In this document: positions 13,783 through 27,976 of the stretch, in pieces
How the letters are laid out: the number at the start of each line of letters is the position of its first letter
Position numbering within the stretch: position 1 is the stretch's first letter
Assembly: GCF_006345805.1 (NCBI RefSeq)
Contig: NC_043000.1
Coordinates: 69,254,001-69,318,000, forward strand
Reading direction: 5' to 3'
Source of the DNA: Octopus sinensis
Lineage: Eukaryota
DNA length: 64,000 nt
Made by a program: the position numbers and the translations under genes
The notes under the pieces: generated by a model
Told to the model about the DNA's origin: nothing
What the model saw: only the letters and a program-made list of their open reading frames with translations
Databases searched by the model: none

Positions 13783-14006
13783 AATTCTACAATTTCTAAA
13801 TCAACTGTCAGCTCCCCAAGATTACGTACTTAATAAACTTGATATACTGTAGAATATCTGTAAAAATCTTAGAAGCTAATGTTTGAATAGGCGGCTTAAA
13901 TGGCGATGACGCTGATCTCGAAATTCTGATGACAGGGTAAGATGTTTTATCCAGGGTAAGATGTTTTATTTATGTCTATAAAACTATACATACATAAATA
14001 CACACA

Positions 14007-14101
<95 letters not shown>

Positions 14102-14136
14102 ATATCTATCTATCTGTCTATCTATCTATATACCCA

Positions 14137-15553
14137 CGGGCAACCCGGTTTTCAGCTGAGGTTACCGATCTTGTAGGTTTATACCGCTTATCTGAACTAG
14201 AAATAGAATTCACGAATATAGAGGTTGGTCTTTATAGGGACGACCTACTACTAATAATTAGGAATTGTACTAATAGGTCATTAGAATGCCTTAAGAAGAA
14301 AATGTACAAGTTCTTTAAGAATAATGGCCTAGGTATTTCTATAGAGAATGAGCATTATGCAGTTAATTATCTAGACGTCAACCTTAATCTAGTCACTAAT
14401 AAGATCCATCCATATCATAAGTTAAATGAAAACCTAAAGTATATTAGTTCTTTAAGTAACCCATCCAAAATCAGTTAAAGAAGCTTTAATAAATAATATA
14501 GGTAAAAGAATATCCATGTTATCCTCAGATTATGATACTTTTAATAAACATGCCCCATATTATAATAAAGCATTAAAAGAAGCAGGATATAACTCTAATA
14601 TAAAATTCTTTAATTATTATGAACACATTAATAATAATAATAATATAACAAGTACTCCTAATAATACTAATAATAAATCTAACAGTAAAAATATGAATAC
14701 TAATAATAAAAGACAATATAACAAAGAAAATGAAAATAAAAATAATATAGTTGTTAATAATGATTATAGTAATAATATTAATAACGATAATAAGAATATG
14801 AGCAATAGTAAGAAACATAAATACATAAAGAGATATAGTATACCCAAGAATAATAAATTAATACCGATGATATCTACGAATAATGATAAAAATAAAAATA
14901 AAAAAAATAAAAAAGATATTATATGGCTAATTATTCCGTATGGGAATCAAGTTAGGACTAATAAAAACCATAAGAGTGGGATACTTAACATCGAGAAATG
15001 TAGGCAACATCATTTCTTCTAAGAAATTAAATAATTATTATAATAGCATAATAATTAATAGCTCTAGCCATAATATAACCGATAGTATATAAAACTTAAT
15101 CAACATATAGAAGAATGTTCATGTCGTGATAAGACTAAATGTAAGATTTCTAATAATTGTAATATAGATAAGGTAATTTATAAATGTATAGTTAGCTCTA
15201 AAAACAATAAGGATAAAATTATAAATAAGGCTTATATTGGATCAACAGCTAATGAAATTAAAAAACGAATATGCCAACACTACCAGACCTTTAAAAATCC
15301 CAATTTAAGTAAGTCTACAGGCTTAAGTAAATATATGTGGGAATTAAAATCTAGAAAAAGAGAGTACACTCTTAATTGGAGTATTATAGGTAGAGCCAAC
15401 TCCTATAATATTGGGAATAATATGTGTTTACTATGCATAACTGAATTTACGAAACTACTAAAGTCTAGAGATAAATTGCTAAACACACATGATGAGCGAG
15501 GAGTTAAATGTAGGCACGGAAGTAATTTTACATTTTGTAAAATGAAGTACTGA
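14137..15553 (+). mobile_element. Penelope-like element 1: RT C-terminal half, Asn-rich linker, GIY-YIG endonuclease; 5'-truncated
   Basis: GLYRDDLLLI and NYLDVNLNL (RT); CSCRDKTKC (CxCx5C); VIYKC...AYIGST...KKRICQH; STGLSKYMWELK; CLLC; KCRH. Begins next to an (ATCT)n tract and is frameshifted. Confidence 0.9.
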
Positions 15554-16155
15554 TCCCAGTACCCCTGAATCAAGTAACCACATAATTTTATTTCTAAAGC
15601 ACTTGAATAGACTATATAAATAAATAAAAAATAAATAAATAATGCAATAATTTAAATAAAATAAATATATGAATTAAATATTAGTAAAATGATATAATAA
15701 TAAATTAAATATACTTCCCAATATAGGTAAAATTGAAAATAATAATAAAGGATAATTTAAAATTAAAAGTATGTATAGTGTAATTAACCACCTTGGTACT
15801 AAATACCCATAGTTCACTGCTATTTTCTTCCTCAAATCCCTATTTTAGTACTAGCAGAAAAGGTAGGATATGTATTTCAATTTTTCTCGTTATATATCAC
15901 ATTTAAGCACAGACATTTTTATTCTGATGTTTAATCTTATATCTCACATTCTGTATTTGACATATACTTGATTATACATGATTGATATATATATTAATTC
16001 ATATTTATAATGTATGATTTATAAATTTTAATTCTTAATATTAAAAAGTATAATTTTTATTCTTAATTTTTAATTAGTAATTTTTAATCTTTAATGCTTA
16101 ATTTTATTGCTTATTTTTTGAAGGGATGTAAAGTCAGATAAATAATATTTTGAAA

Positions 16156-16192
16156 TAGAACCCGAAGATGTGTTGAAATAATTGTAAATCTG
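16156..16192 (+). ncRNA. Hammerhead relic in the tail of PLE 1
   Basis: CCGAAGA-tgtgtt-GAAA-T-AATT-GT-A. Distal stem I TAGA/TCTG pairs, but proximal stem I and stem II are broken. Confidence 0.25.
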
Positions 16193-16655
16193 ACAATTAC
16201 ATATATGTATATATGTATTTATATATGTTTATATATGGGTATACAGTTGTGTATATGTATATATATATTATAATCTTCCAATACTTAAACACGCGTAGTT
16301 CTTCCATATTTAATAAATATAAGTGATAACTAAAGTATGATATCATTATTGAAGTACATTATATATCCAGCTGGAAATTTTGGTTATATCTTTTAAGTAT
16401 TATTTCGTGATGTGCAAACTGATACCATGGGTTTACTATAAGATATACTCATTAGGTTATTTTTGTATTATCTGAAATAGAGTACCCGTATATCGATTAA
16501 TCCCCAAAAAGTGAATATTGACTTTTATCATATATTTTGTATATTTATAGATAAATATATAAATATACGATAAATAAGACGTCAATGTAGATGCATATAA
16601 CGCTGTAGAGTTACACTTGATTGATTTGGAAAATTGTTTTGCCAAATTATATATA

Positions 16656-16691
<36 letters not shown>

Positions 16692-17149
16692 TGTATGTAT
16701 GTATGTATGTATGTATGTATGTATATACGTAACCATACAGTTGAAGTGTCAGAAAGTATATTCTGTGTGTAGAATCCAGCCTCAACATGGAATTCTAAAC
16801 GTATTCTATAATAACGAAATTCAGTAATCCATTTTCGAATGATAATTCAGTGGATTGTGCTAATTTATTCTGAAACTATTTTAAGTTGAAAATCCTTGCA
16901 ATCAATGTGTCGATATAACAAATGAATTCTTGTTTGTACAACTTTCAAAACTGAAACAAGAAATAAAATCTGTCGGCTCAAAATTCAGTACACTAGACCC
17001 TTTGCCATTGTGAAAATTATTTATTATTAGATACACACAAATTAGCAAATTTACCGATATCGACACATATTTACCAGTCTCTCTAACATGTATATTAATT
17101 ACTCCTCTTCATAAAAAGGCAAGTCTGTATTTAAAAATATGGAAGAATT

Positions 17150-18300
17150 ATCGCCCATTATCTAGTCTACTTTTTATTTCCAAAAATTATTGAAATGCTG
17201 ACAGAAAGACGTATGCTGAATTATTTGCAAACTTGCATCTACTGCCATATCAGTCAGCATATAGGACTGATTTCCTGACGGAAATGGCACTTATTAAACT
17301 ATATAATGATATTGAACAAGCATCTTGCCATTTAGAAATGTTATTGTCCCAAATGAAACCTAAATGTCTAGCGGATATAAAAAAGTTAAACATGAACATG
17401 AATAATGTTGATCTAATATAACAGTTTTGAAAACAAAACTGTAACAGCTGAAATTTTCTTTAAATCCAGCATTGATCTCCATATACATCATGCTCAATCA
17501 TGCTAAATTAATTCGTTGGTTCTGTTCTTATCTCATCAGAAGACGCTAGGTTGTACTTATCGATGGTACAAATGGAAAACATGCAAATTGACTGCGATGT
17601 ACAACAAGATTCAGTATTCGGTCCTCTACTGTACACATTATACATAATTCAATTACCAAATATTCTTGTCAGTTACAGGTTGAAACACCAGCTTAACGCA
17701 AATGATAGTGTCTTATATATACCTTTCTATATTTACGACTGGAATAAGTACGCTTTGATATTGTCAACTACTTTGGATAACATTTTAATTGTTCACAATA
17801 AAGAAATTGAAATCAGGCACAAATAAAATCGAAGTACTCTGAACTGTTTTGAGTCATAATAACAGTGTAAATATATTTTGATATCTATTTTATATCGAAA
17901 GCAATATATTTAGGAGTGACATTCAATAGGCACCAAAGTTTGATAATGATAGCAGGAAAAAAAAAACATTGGAAATATCTATTTCATCTGTACAGGCTAT
18001 AATAGAAGATCAAGAAATTCCTGGGTGGAGGCAATGTAAAAGATTTGATTAATTGCCTCTATAATCTGGATTATTGCAATGCTATTCTGACTGGAATTAA
18101 CAAAAGGCAATTGAAAATCCCTAAATCACTCAAAGCATTTATTTACGATTTGTTTGACCGCTGTGTAGGTTTGAATACTTTGGACCAGCATCAATTAAAC
18201 GTTAGTCGTTATCCAACTCTTTACGAGTAGAATTCAAAACACTTTCTATTGCCCTTAACTATATCCTTGATTCTGCATCAAAATATTTGAAGGAATTTCT
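17150..18300 (+). mobile_element. L2/CR1-type LINE RT fragment, decayed
   Basis: HLLPYQSAYRTDFLTEMALIKLYNDI; QDSVFGPLLYTLYI; HQLNANDSVLY (YADD-equivalent); LDYCNAILTG. Confidence 0.85.
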
Positions 18301-18715
18301 TTTATCTTTTGCTTATTTTAGTCATTGAGCATCGGTCAAACGAGGGCACCACATCGAAAGATTTAGTTGAATAAATCGATCCGAGCACTTATCTTGTAAA
18401 ATTCTGGTACTTACTCTATCGGTCACTTTTGCCGAATTGATGTTACGAGGATGTAAACGTACCAACTCCGGTTGTCAAGCGGTGGGGGATAAACACAGAT
18501 ACGTAGGTACACATACGCACGCGCGTGAACACACACACAAACACACACACATACACTCACACAAATATAAACGACGAGCTGTTTCCGTCTACCAAATCTA
18601 CTTACAAGGTTTTGATCGGTCCGAGGCTATAGTAGAAGATACTTGCCCAAGGTGCTACACAGCGAGACTTAACCCAGGAATGGGAAACAATCTTCTCAAT
18701 GGCACAGCCGCGTCT
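18300..18715 (-). mobile_element. tRNA-derived SINE
   Basis: Reverse complement of the major SINE, with internal CA tract and GTAGAAGATACTTGCCCAAGGTG. Confidence 0.75.
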
Positions 18716-18786
18716 ATATCTTATGAATGCAAAAATGACATTTTGCATTAATGCAGACATTTAAATAATTTATTTATTATTAAATA

Positions 18787-20450
18787 CTACCAGAGATATC
18801 CGGCGTTGCCCCGTATCCCATGGAATTGAAGAATTAGACATTTCTTTTATATTTTCTCTTATGAACTAGAATACCTATGATTCGAATTTAATCAAAATTG
18901 GAGATTAAAAATTTTAATGGCGTTTCTTTCCTTCTGTACCCACCCTAAGAAAAATTCAAATCATGACATATTTATCCATGCTACTCATCTTTATGCCCAG
19001 ATTCCAAAATCCAAATCTTATAAAACCCATTCAAAGGCTTTTGCTCCTGAAAAATGGAGCACATAGAGCTCTAAAATGTGGGAGTTAAGGCCCCTATTAG
19101 AGGGGTCTTTAAGTCAACCAGAGAAGTTGTATTGTTGAGAATCTTTTTAAACTTGTGTCTTATATCTATTGTTCAAATTTTTTTGAAATCGGAAATATAT
19201 GAATGTTCACTGGGTTTGTAAAAGAGAGTAAAGCTAGAGGAAACCAAAATTATCACAATAAGCAGTCAGCTACCCTACCCTAGTCGTTACCACTCCCCAA
19301 TGTAGGATTCCTCACCATACAGGTGACCGGCACAGCCGTAAGATACATTACGAATCTATAGCAATTAGAAAGGCGTGACCCAACTCAAATAAACATTAAT
19401 AACTGTGTGACGTGAGGGTTAAGGAGAGATGAATGTGTTACCTCTGAAGTTTGCCAATGGTCACTATGCCGATACGTAACTGAACAAGATAGATAAATCT
19501 CTTTGACTGACCAATCACTTATCTGGAAAGGCCTTGAAATCAATGTTACCATCTGGAGACTATCTCTGACCCAGTGATAATAAAAAGACCCAAAAGGAAG
19601 TCTGCAACCAAATAACTTTACTCAAAATAACACCTCGCAATTGAATAAGTGTCCTTTACTGACAATTTATGCAGCACATTGCAGAAATCACAATCTCAGT
19701 ATATCTCAAAGCAAACTCTTACACTGTTGTACCGTTGAATTACAAATAACGCTCATCTTGTATCCTCGGGTGACTCTACAGACTACAATTGTATTCGTCT
19801 TGGCTTAGGAAAAAATGACTAAATTGTGGGGGTTAAGCCCCCATTGAAGGGTCTTACTAAACTATTAAGAAGTTGAAATTTTAGGAATATTACTTCACTT
19901 GTATCTAATATCTATGGTTAAAATTTCATTAACAGCAAAAATAAATGAATTTTCAAGGGAATTGTGGCCTCATTTATGCCCCCTCACTTTCAAACATATA
20001 CTGCATTACATCCGCCCTTATGCGTAGAATATAATTTCCAAATTTCATAAAGATCCATTCAGTACTTTTGACCTTGTTTTGGATCATAAAAAAGGACTAA
20101 AATTTTGGAGTTAAGGCCCCCATTAGGGGACTTAGAATCCTCATGAGAAGCGGAAACTTTGGGAATACTTCTTGATTTGTGTCAATTACCTATGGTTGAA
20201 ATTTCATCAACATGGGAAATTTATGAATTTTCATGGGGGTGGTTCTTCCCCATTCAAGCCCCTTCGAATTCAAACTAAACATACTGCATTATACCCGCCC
20301 TTATGCATTGAATCTAAGTCCCAAATATCATAAGGATCCATTCAGTAATTTTTGTCCATGAAAATTACTAAAATTACTAAAATTTGGGGGTTAAGATCCC
20401 ATTAGGGGGTCTTAGAATCATCCAAAGAAATGGAAATTTTAGGTATGTTT
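18787..20450 (-). mobile_element. Helitron-like non-autonomous element with ~280-bp internal subrepeats
   Basis: CTAC...CCGGCGTTGCCCCG is the reverse complement of the Helitron 3' hairpin and end. GG.GTTAAG.CCC.ATT.G.GG recurs at 19081, 19829, 20107 and 20386. Confidence 0.55.
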
Positions 20451-21060
20451 TGAAATAAGAATGGAACAGCAAACAATAACAAATGGGTTGTACCTTATAA
20501 TGAAATTCTTTTAAGAACATTCAAATGCCACTACAACGTTGAAATCATTGCCTCTGTGAGGACAATTAAGTACGTCATCAAGTACATGCTGAAAAGAAAT
20601 GACCAAGCTGCTGTTGAAATAAACAATAACGAAATTAGTCAATATTTAATGGGGGATGTATATTGGACCATCTGAAGTAGTTGCATCCATTTTAGGATTT
20701 TCAATTCATGAAAGAACAACTGCAATAGTGAAACTGCAAGTTCATCTATCAGATGAACAGAGAGTATTGCTCAGAAATTATGAGGATATGAGATATAAGA
20801 ACAACATTGAGAGAATTTGCAAAAATATTACTTTATGCTGGAGTACCCATGTATTTCATTTGGAACAGAAGTAAGTAAGAATGGTAAAGGAGAAATTGAG
20901 GAAGATCATTTGAACGTTTTCAAAGCAGAAACACTTGGCCGTGTTTATGATGTCAGACCAAGGGCAGGAGGACTGTATTATTAAGAATTTTATTGCATAA
21001 AGTTCGAATTAGTAATTTTTCCTTTCCCGCTGCGCACCAGCATTTTCAACTTGGAGTGGT
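20450..21060 (+). mobile_element. Helitron Rep-domain fragment
   Basis: NKWVVPYNEILLRTFKCHYNVE...IKYVIKYMLK; YIGPSEVVASILGFSIHERTTAIVKLQVHL; TLGRVYDVRP...LYY.RILLHKV. Confidence 0.85.
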
Positions 21061-21112
21061 TGTAACCCAACGGGTCACGGTGGGCACATCTAGTATATAT
21101 ATATATATATAT

Positions 21113-21146
<34 letters not shown>

Positions 21147-21543
21147 ATATATATATAATATATATATATATATATACACACACATATATATAATATATAT
21201 ACATTCATATATATATGATATAAGTATGTATGTATATAAGCATAATGTATGTATACTTCAGTATACATATCATCTCATCTAGGTCGTCCCACAAGACGCT
21301 CCAGTATACATATGCAGTATGCTTAATAAACATATATATAGTCTCACTGTGAAAATATAATTTATGGCTTCGGTACTTAAAAGGGAAAGTCAGTTGAATG
21401 GTTTTGTCTGTCTTCATTTTGATCACAAATCACTTATCTCCTTTATGTTAAATGGAAACTAATTATTCTTAGCTGAAGTAATTTCCATAATGGTACGACA
21501 CTACAAGATTAGTGTTGGGAGAAATGAGCAAACCGCTCATCTA

Positions 21544-22807
21544 CGAGGGGCGTTCAATAAGTAATGCCTCTGACCCACTTGCAGTTGTTTGATCTAGCTG
21601 AAATTTTGCATGTGCACTTATTTATACCTCTATAGATTAAGTGGCGAATTACAGCTCTGAACTAATTGTGGTTTCTGATTTACAGGTGTTTGAACTGAGT
21701 CAAGTGTGAAATGGAGCCTGTTGAGTGTCGAGCAGTGATCTGGTTTTTGTATTTGAAAGGACGCACACCACGGGAGACTTTTGATGAAATGAAAGTAACT
21801 TATGGTGATGATGCCCCATCATATGACCTTGTAAAACGCTGGCATTGTAAATTCAAACATAGTCGGAACTCTGTGGAAACAGCTCCCAGATCTGTCGCCC
21901 CCTTCTGCCGTTGATGAGACGTCTGTCCGTCAAGTTGAGGCTGCCATTTTGGAAGGTCAACGCATAACTATTCGCCAAATAGCCGATAAGGTCAAGATTA
22001 GTACCGGGTCTGTGGAAACTATCATTCATGACCATTTGCATATGCAAAAGGTGTCTGCCAGATGGATTTCCAGGTTGCTCACACCTTTCCAGAAGCAAGA
22101 ACGCGTTGAGTGCTCGAGGATGAATTTGGAGATGTGCCAAGAAGATGAGTCAAAATTGTTCAAAAGACTGATCACACAGGATAAAACTTGGGTCCATCAC
22201 TATGATCCATAGACCAAAGCCCAGTCAATGCAGTGAAAGCACCGTGACTCACGTCCTCCAAAGAAGGCAAGGGTGCAGCCCTCTGCTGACAAGGTTATGC
22301 TCACAGTCTTCTGGGACCAGGACGGAGTAGTGATGACAGATTTCCTGGCAAAGGGTACCACAATTACAGGAGCCTATTATGCTTCACTTTTGAGGAAATT
22401 AAGAGAAGCTATCAAAATCAAGAGACGGGGCAAGATCAGCAAAGGCATCCTCCTCCTGCAGGACAACGCTCCGGTCCACAACTCGCGTGTCGCCAGATCA
22501 GAAGCACAGGCGTGCAGCTATGAACTCCTCCCCTTGCACCCTCTGATTTTCACCTCTTCCCAGCCATGAAGTTGATTTTGAAAGGAAAGCGTTTCCCAGA
22601 TGATGCAGCCTTGATTTCTGAAGTCACGTCGTGGTTGGAGGACCAAGCTGGGGTCTTCTACAAAAACGGTCTCCAGAGCTGTATCAAACGATGGGAGAAA
22701 TGCATAACTCTGGGTAGTTCCTATGTAGGAAAAGACTAATAACTGTGCCAAGTGTCGTTGCTCTACTGCTATGGGAAGTGGGTCAGGGGCATACTTATTG
22801 AACGCCC
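21544..22807 (+). mobile_element. mariner (DD34D) transposon, defective
   Basis: TA|CGAGGGGCGTTCAATAAGTAATGCC left TIR; right TIR GGCAT-ACTTATTGAACGCCC lacks its terminal bases. Transposase 21711-22739 (MEPVECRAVI..., ITQDKTWVHHYDP, LLQDNAPVH) has stops and frameshifts. Confidence 0.95.
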
Positions 22808-22809
22808 AA

Positions 22810-23900
22810 TGAACAGAGACCATGGTTTGGAAAGAATTACAACAATGGTGTTATATTTCTGTGTGCAGTGAATGAAGTTACTCTACCTACCAGTATTGTC
22901 AAAAGCAATACAAATCATCACTATGCAACTTCATCATGATCAGCTGCATATAACTCAAAGATGTTGCATTCTCTCCCGAAATGTAGGGAACTGAGAGTCG
23001 GTTAGATCCTCAGAAGGGCCAAATTTCAAACGCATCTCTTAAAGGCCAAGGGCACAAAATAACAAGAGATGCTATTGCTGGAAGCCTTAGCTCAGTAGCC
23101 CAAATATTTTTGCATAAGGGGGTAAAATCTCATGTTCTACACGGAAATCCTTACGATTTCAATGGGCACTGAGCTAGATATAACAAAAAGCGCGCTTGAA
23201 TGTTATATATAAACTGTACGCTGGTTGTCTGAATAGGCTTTTTCCAAGACCACTGGCAAACAAATGGTTTGACAACTGATGAATAGGCAAGCGGGAAAAA
23301 AGAGTTTGGGGTTGTGCTGAGTAGCACCTCCTCATAAGAATGCTAAACAACATAGCCGCAGTCTCTTGACAGTATGATTTGACTATAAGAAGGCGTTTCA
23401 CTCTGCCTCTCTCATGGATGATAGAATCACTGTACCTTGCCAAAATACCAGCTGCTATACTGAATGCCATTGAAAGACTGACTACAAAGCGGTCCACTGA
23501 CAACTACTAAAGCACTGACAACTACTAAGGCAACACATAATGTTACAAACAGAATCAAACTATCAACAGGCACATTCCAGGGTAATAGTTTATCTGTAAT
23601 GTTGTTTGTACAAGGCAATGAACCTTTTCTCAGCCCTGTTAACAAAATGCTAAGGCTACATGATGGGATATGCAGAAAAGAATATAATTAATGTCACCCA
23701 TACATTTTTTGTGGATGATCGAAAATTTTATTCTGGAAACATGAACCATATCAAAGACATTAAGAAACACTGAGGATTAATCACAACATCCTCATGAGAC
23801 ATTGCAATAGAGTTTGGGCAAGATAAATGCTCATACATGATGGTCAGCCGAGGAAAATTTGTCACCCAGACAGAGAACATGTATATCAATGGGTTTGTCT
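22810..23900 (+). mobile_element. Decayed RLE-type (R4-like) LINE RT fragment
   Basis: Remnants DYKKAFHS..WMIESL, QGNSLSVMLFV, THTFFVDD.KFY, IEFGQDKC. Confidence 0.7.
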
Positions 23901-24761
23901 ATATTCTATTGTTTTGTTTTGTTTTTCCATTTCTGATTTATATTTATATATTAATAAACTGTATGTTTATTTTATTTACCTATTGAAGTAACATTGTTAT
24001 TGATGTAGGTAATATAAACCAGTAAATTCTTCGGATTAGGTGTATTTACACCAAGCTAAACTGTTTTATATATATAAGGTAGTGCTCCGGCATGGTCGCA
24101 GTCAAATAACTGAAACACATAAAAGAATAAAAGAATTAATATATATATAATATATATATATATATTATATATATATATATATATATCGAGAGAGAGAGAG
24201 AGGAAGAGAAACATATGTAGCCCGAATTTCCCATACTCCATTTCGTAACTCTTGTACACATACGCGCACACATATTCCCGCATATGTTTCTGTGTACACA
24301 TCTGTTTAATTAGCGAATATATGCATATCCAAATACTCATACATCTATGGAAAAGTATATGGATGCATGCATGTATGTTTGTCTCTTCTGTATGCATATT
24401 CCTACGTGTTTGTGTGCATGTAACAAGCACATGCATGGTATAAACGTAAATCTATGCAAGAAAATAGTCAACAAAAGGCTTTAAGAATATAATCCTTTGT
24501 AGACATATAAATACCCTACCTTGGAGATGTAAAGATGTACTTGTTATTCAAGTTTAGAATTCGTACGGTAAACACACACTCACATACATACATACATACA
24601 TACATACATACATACATACATACATACATACATACATACATACTATATATATATATATATGCCACACACATATATCCCCCATATATATATATCCTTAAAT
24701 CCTTAAAAATGTTTTTACCCGAAAGCCACGGCCATGCTGGGGCACCCCCGCTGAAATGTAC

Positions 24762-24793
<32 letters not shown>

Positions 24794-25020
24794 ATATATC
24801 TATATATATATATCTATATATATATATATATCTATATATATATATATATGTACATATGTACATTAGATTAACAGGGGAAAGGATGAAATATGTATTCAGA
24901 ATTTCTTACTTTACAAATATTCGCCATTATGTCAAAAGACAAAATTTTCTTGAATTATATTGCATCATATTGAATTCAAATTTAATCGTTTCATTTTGTG
25001 TTTTCGGTACATTTACACTA

Positions 25021-25054
<34 letters not shown>

Positions 25055-25449
25055 TGTGTGTGTGTGTGTGCGCGTATGTGCATGCGTGTTTGTGTGCGCA
25101 TGTGTGTGCGTGTGTTCATGTACACACGCACGTGCAAACACACATATGCAAACACGCACAGACACACACAGACACACACGTACATACACACACATGTACG
25201 TAAATGTAAATATAAATAATACGTGTATATATCTATCTGCAGGAACGGTTTTCTCAATACTGTATTTATTCATTGTTACAAAATCTATGAAGTCGACTGA
25301 TTTGCATCTACTTACTAACACAGCACGAAATATAATACAAAATGACGGATGCACAAATTCGTGTGTATATGTATAAGTCCTCAAAACGTCCATTTATGCA
25401 CGCACGCACCACACACACACACACACACACGCACACACATATTCAGCCA

Positions 25450-26350
25450 CACAGATATGACAATGACATAAAGAAAGTATGTCAATAATGCAAACCATCT
25501 GCATAAAACTTTGTTATTAAAACATGTATGAAATGTTAAATATTGTTTCCTTGAGATAGGAAATTCATAGAAAACGAAGGATAATGATATCTTATCATTT
25601 AAGGTCAACGAGAAATCCCACATCAAAGACACTTTAGAGATCGGAACCAAACTCATAATCTCCAATGAAAAGAGGTAAGAAAGAGAAATCAGAGCTGTAG
25701 AAGATATAAAGATCTAAGGTATTCTATAAATTTGTAAAAGATTCCACCTCAGGGCGTTACAAAGTGGTATCTTTGTTGGAAGGAAATAGGTCACTGGTTA
25801 CAGTCCCCAAATGGATAAGTGAGTAATTAAATAAACAACTCCAAAGTGTTGTCACCTCCCCGCAAGTACATATGGAAGGACATAAACCTGCTGAGTTCTT
25901 TGACAGTACGTCTCTGTACAGAGACATAACGACCATTGATTACATCCATATAAAACAGGAGGGTGTAATATATGCCGTTTCGAAATGAGCTTAAATTCAG
26001 CAGCAGGCTCTGATTGTTTCCCAGCGTATCTTTTAAAACATACAGGAAACCTCAGGCAAAATCACTGAAGATGCTTTTTTTTAGAGGTGTTCTTTCATGT
26101 GGTAAGCTTATAAACAAGTTCTTAAAATGATATATTATGATTCGTTTATAAACGACGAAGCAGAGCAAATGTTTAATATTGCAGGCCTGTCTGTTTTTGA
26201 TTTCATGCATAAGTAAAGTCATGGAACGCGTTATGAGAGGAGCTGATTACATTCTTAGAAGAAAATAATTAACTCATTGACACGCAGCACGGTTTATGTA
26301 TGTACCTACTGTAATAATACTCTTGTAGGAAGAGGTGACAGATGAATAAG
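25450..26350 (+). mobile_element. CR1-type LINE fragment, decayed
   Basis: SAAGSDCFPAYLLK and KVMERVMR..LITFLEENN.LIDTQHG remnants. Confidence 0.6.
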
Positions 26351-26856
26351 GAAAGAAGGCAGTGAAAGCGTTTCAACTTTGTGTGTGTATATGTGTATGT
26401 ATGTAAAAGGGAAGTATGTGAATATTTCTGTGTGTGTGTGCGCATTGGAAGTGGGATGGTGAAAATTCAAAGCTAAAAAGAAAAATCTAACAGCGTTTCA
26501 ACTCAGTGTGGGTATATGCATGTATGTGTGTGCGTGTACAAGGTAAGTATGTGAATGTATGTGTGAACCAATGTTCTTTCAGTAACAAACGATGATCGAT
26601 GTCACATCTCAAAAAACAACCACTAGATAACATTGACAAGTGTATTAATTTGATTTACCATCCATATTCTATCTGTTTTGCTACAAAATAATTGTTATAA
26701 TCACACACACCTACACAAACATATAATATACAAACTCATTAAAAACATAGTTATTGCCTGAGTGTATCAAGAATATAGCACGGCTGCAGTTGAAAGGTAT
26801 AATATATATTTGGTAATAAAAGAATTATTAAACTAAAAACTTGGTTTTGCACCTTA

Positions 26857-27256
26857 TCTTTATATATAAAAGTGAAGTTGTGTGTCTGTCTCCTACGATT
26901 TAGATTCTTAACTACTCCCACATTTTGCGGTGCAGTTTAACCAAAACCGGATATCTTATAGTCGTGATTCATATCGAGCCCTTTTGGGTATTAGCGCGCG
27001 TCTACGATGAGTCTACGATTTAAAAAAAAAAATTTACCATCATTTTTTTCCATTTTAATGCATTTTTTCGCTATTATATAAGGGAAGTAACTCTCTAAAA
27101 ATGTCTACGATGAGTCAACGCATTAAAAAAAAATTTACCATAATATGTTTCCCATTTTTAATGCAGTTTTTTGCTATTTTTTTGCTATAACTCTCTAAAA
27201 ATGCTTATATAGTTATTTCCCTTACAAACCCGAGCAACGCCGGGTGATACTGCTAG
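26857..27256 (+). mobile_element. Non-autonomous Helitron, complete ends
   Basis: A|TCTTTATATATAAAAG start; CCCG-AGCAACGC-CGGG hairpin; CTAG|T end; inserted between A and T with no TSD. Confidence 0.9.
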
Positions 27257-27311
27257 TTTATATATAAAAACAACAATTAGCCGTCATCTTTGACGGAACG
27301 GGGCCAGCTAG

Positions 27312-27616
<305 letters not shown>

Positions 27617-27617
<1 letters not shown>

Positions 27618-27914
27618 AGGCGCAATGGTTAGGGCAGCGGACTCGCGGTCGTAGGATCGCGGTTTCGATTCCAAGACCGGGCGTTGTGAATGTTTATTGA
27701 GCGAAAACACCTAAAGCTCCACGAGCCAGCAGCAGTGGGTGGTGGTGATCCCTGCTGTATTCTTTCGCCATAACTTTCTCTCGCTCTTTCTTCTGTTGGC
27801 CTGCTCGCTTAGCCAGCGGGGTGGCGTCATTTGAAGGCTAAAACAATGCGAAGCGTATTGTGACCAGCGATGTGTAGCAACATCTGATAGCCTGGTCGGT
27901 CACGGTGATCACGG

Positions 27915-27916
<2 letters not shown>
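27617..27916 (+). mobile_element. tRNA-derived SINE with intact-looking Pol III boxes
   Basis: A-box-like TGGTTAGGGCAGCGG and B-box GGTTTCGATTCC; CpG-rich; ends at a (TA)n tract. Confidence 0.8.

Positions 27917-27974
<58 letters not shown>

Positions 27975-27976
<2 letters not shown>

Noticed and set aside
14516-15022. Asn-rich 168-aa ORF as a host prion-like protein
   Set aside because: It lies between Penelope RT and GIY-YIG segments and is the element's linker.
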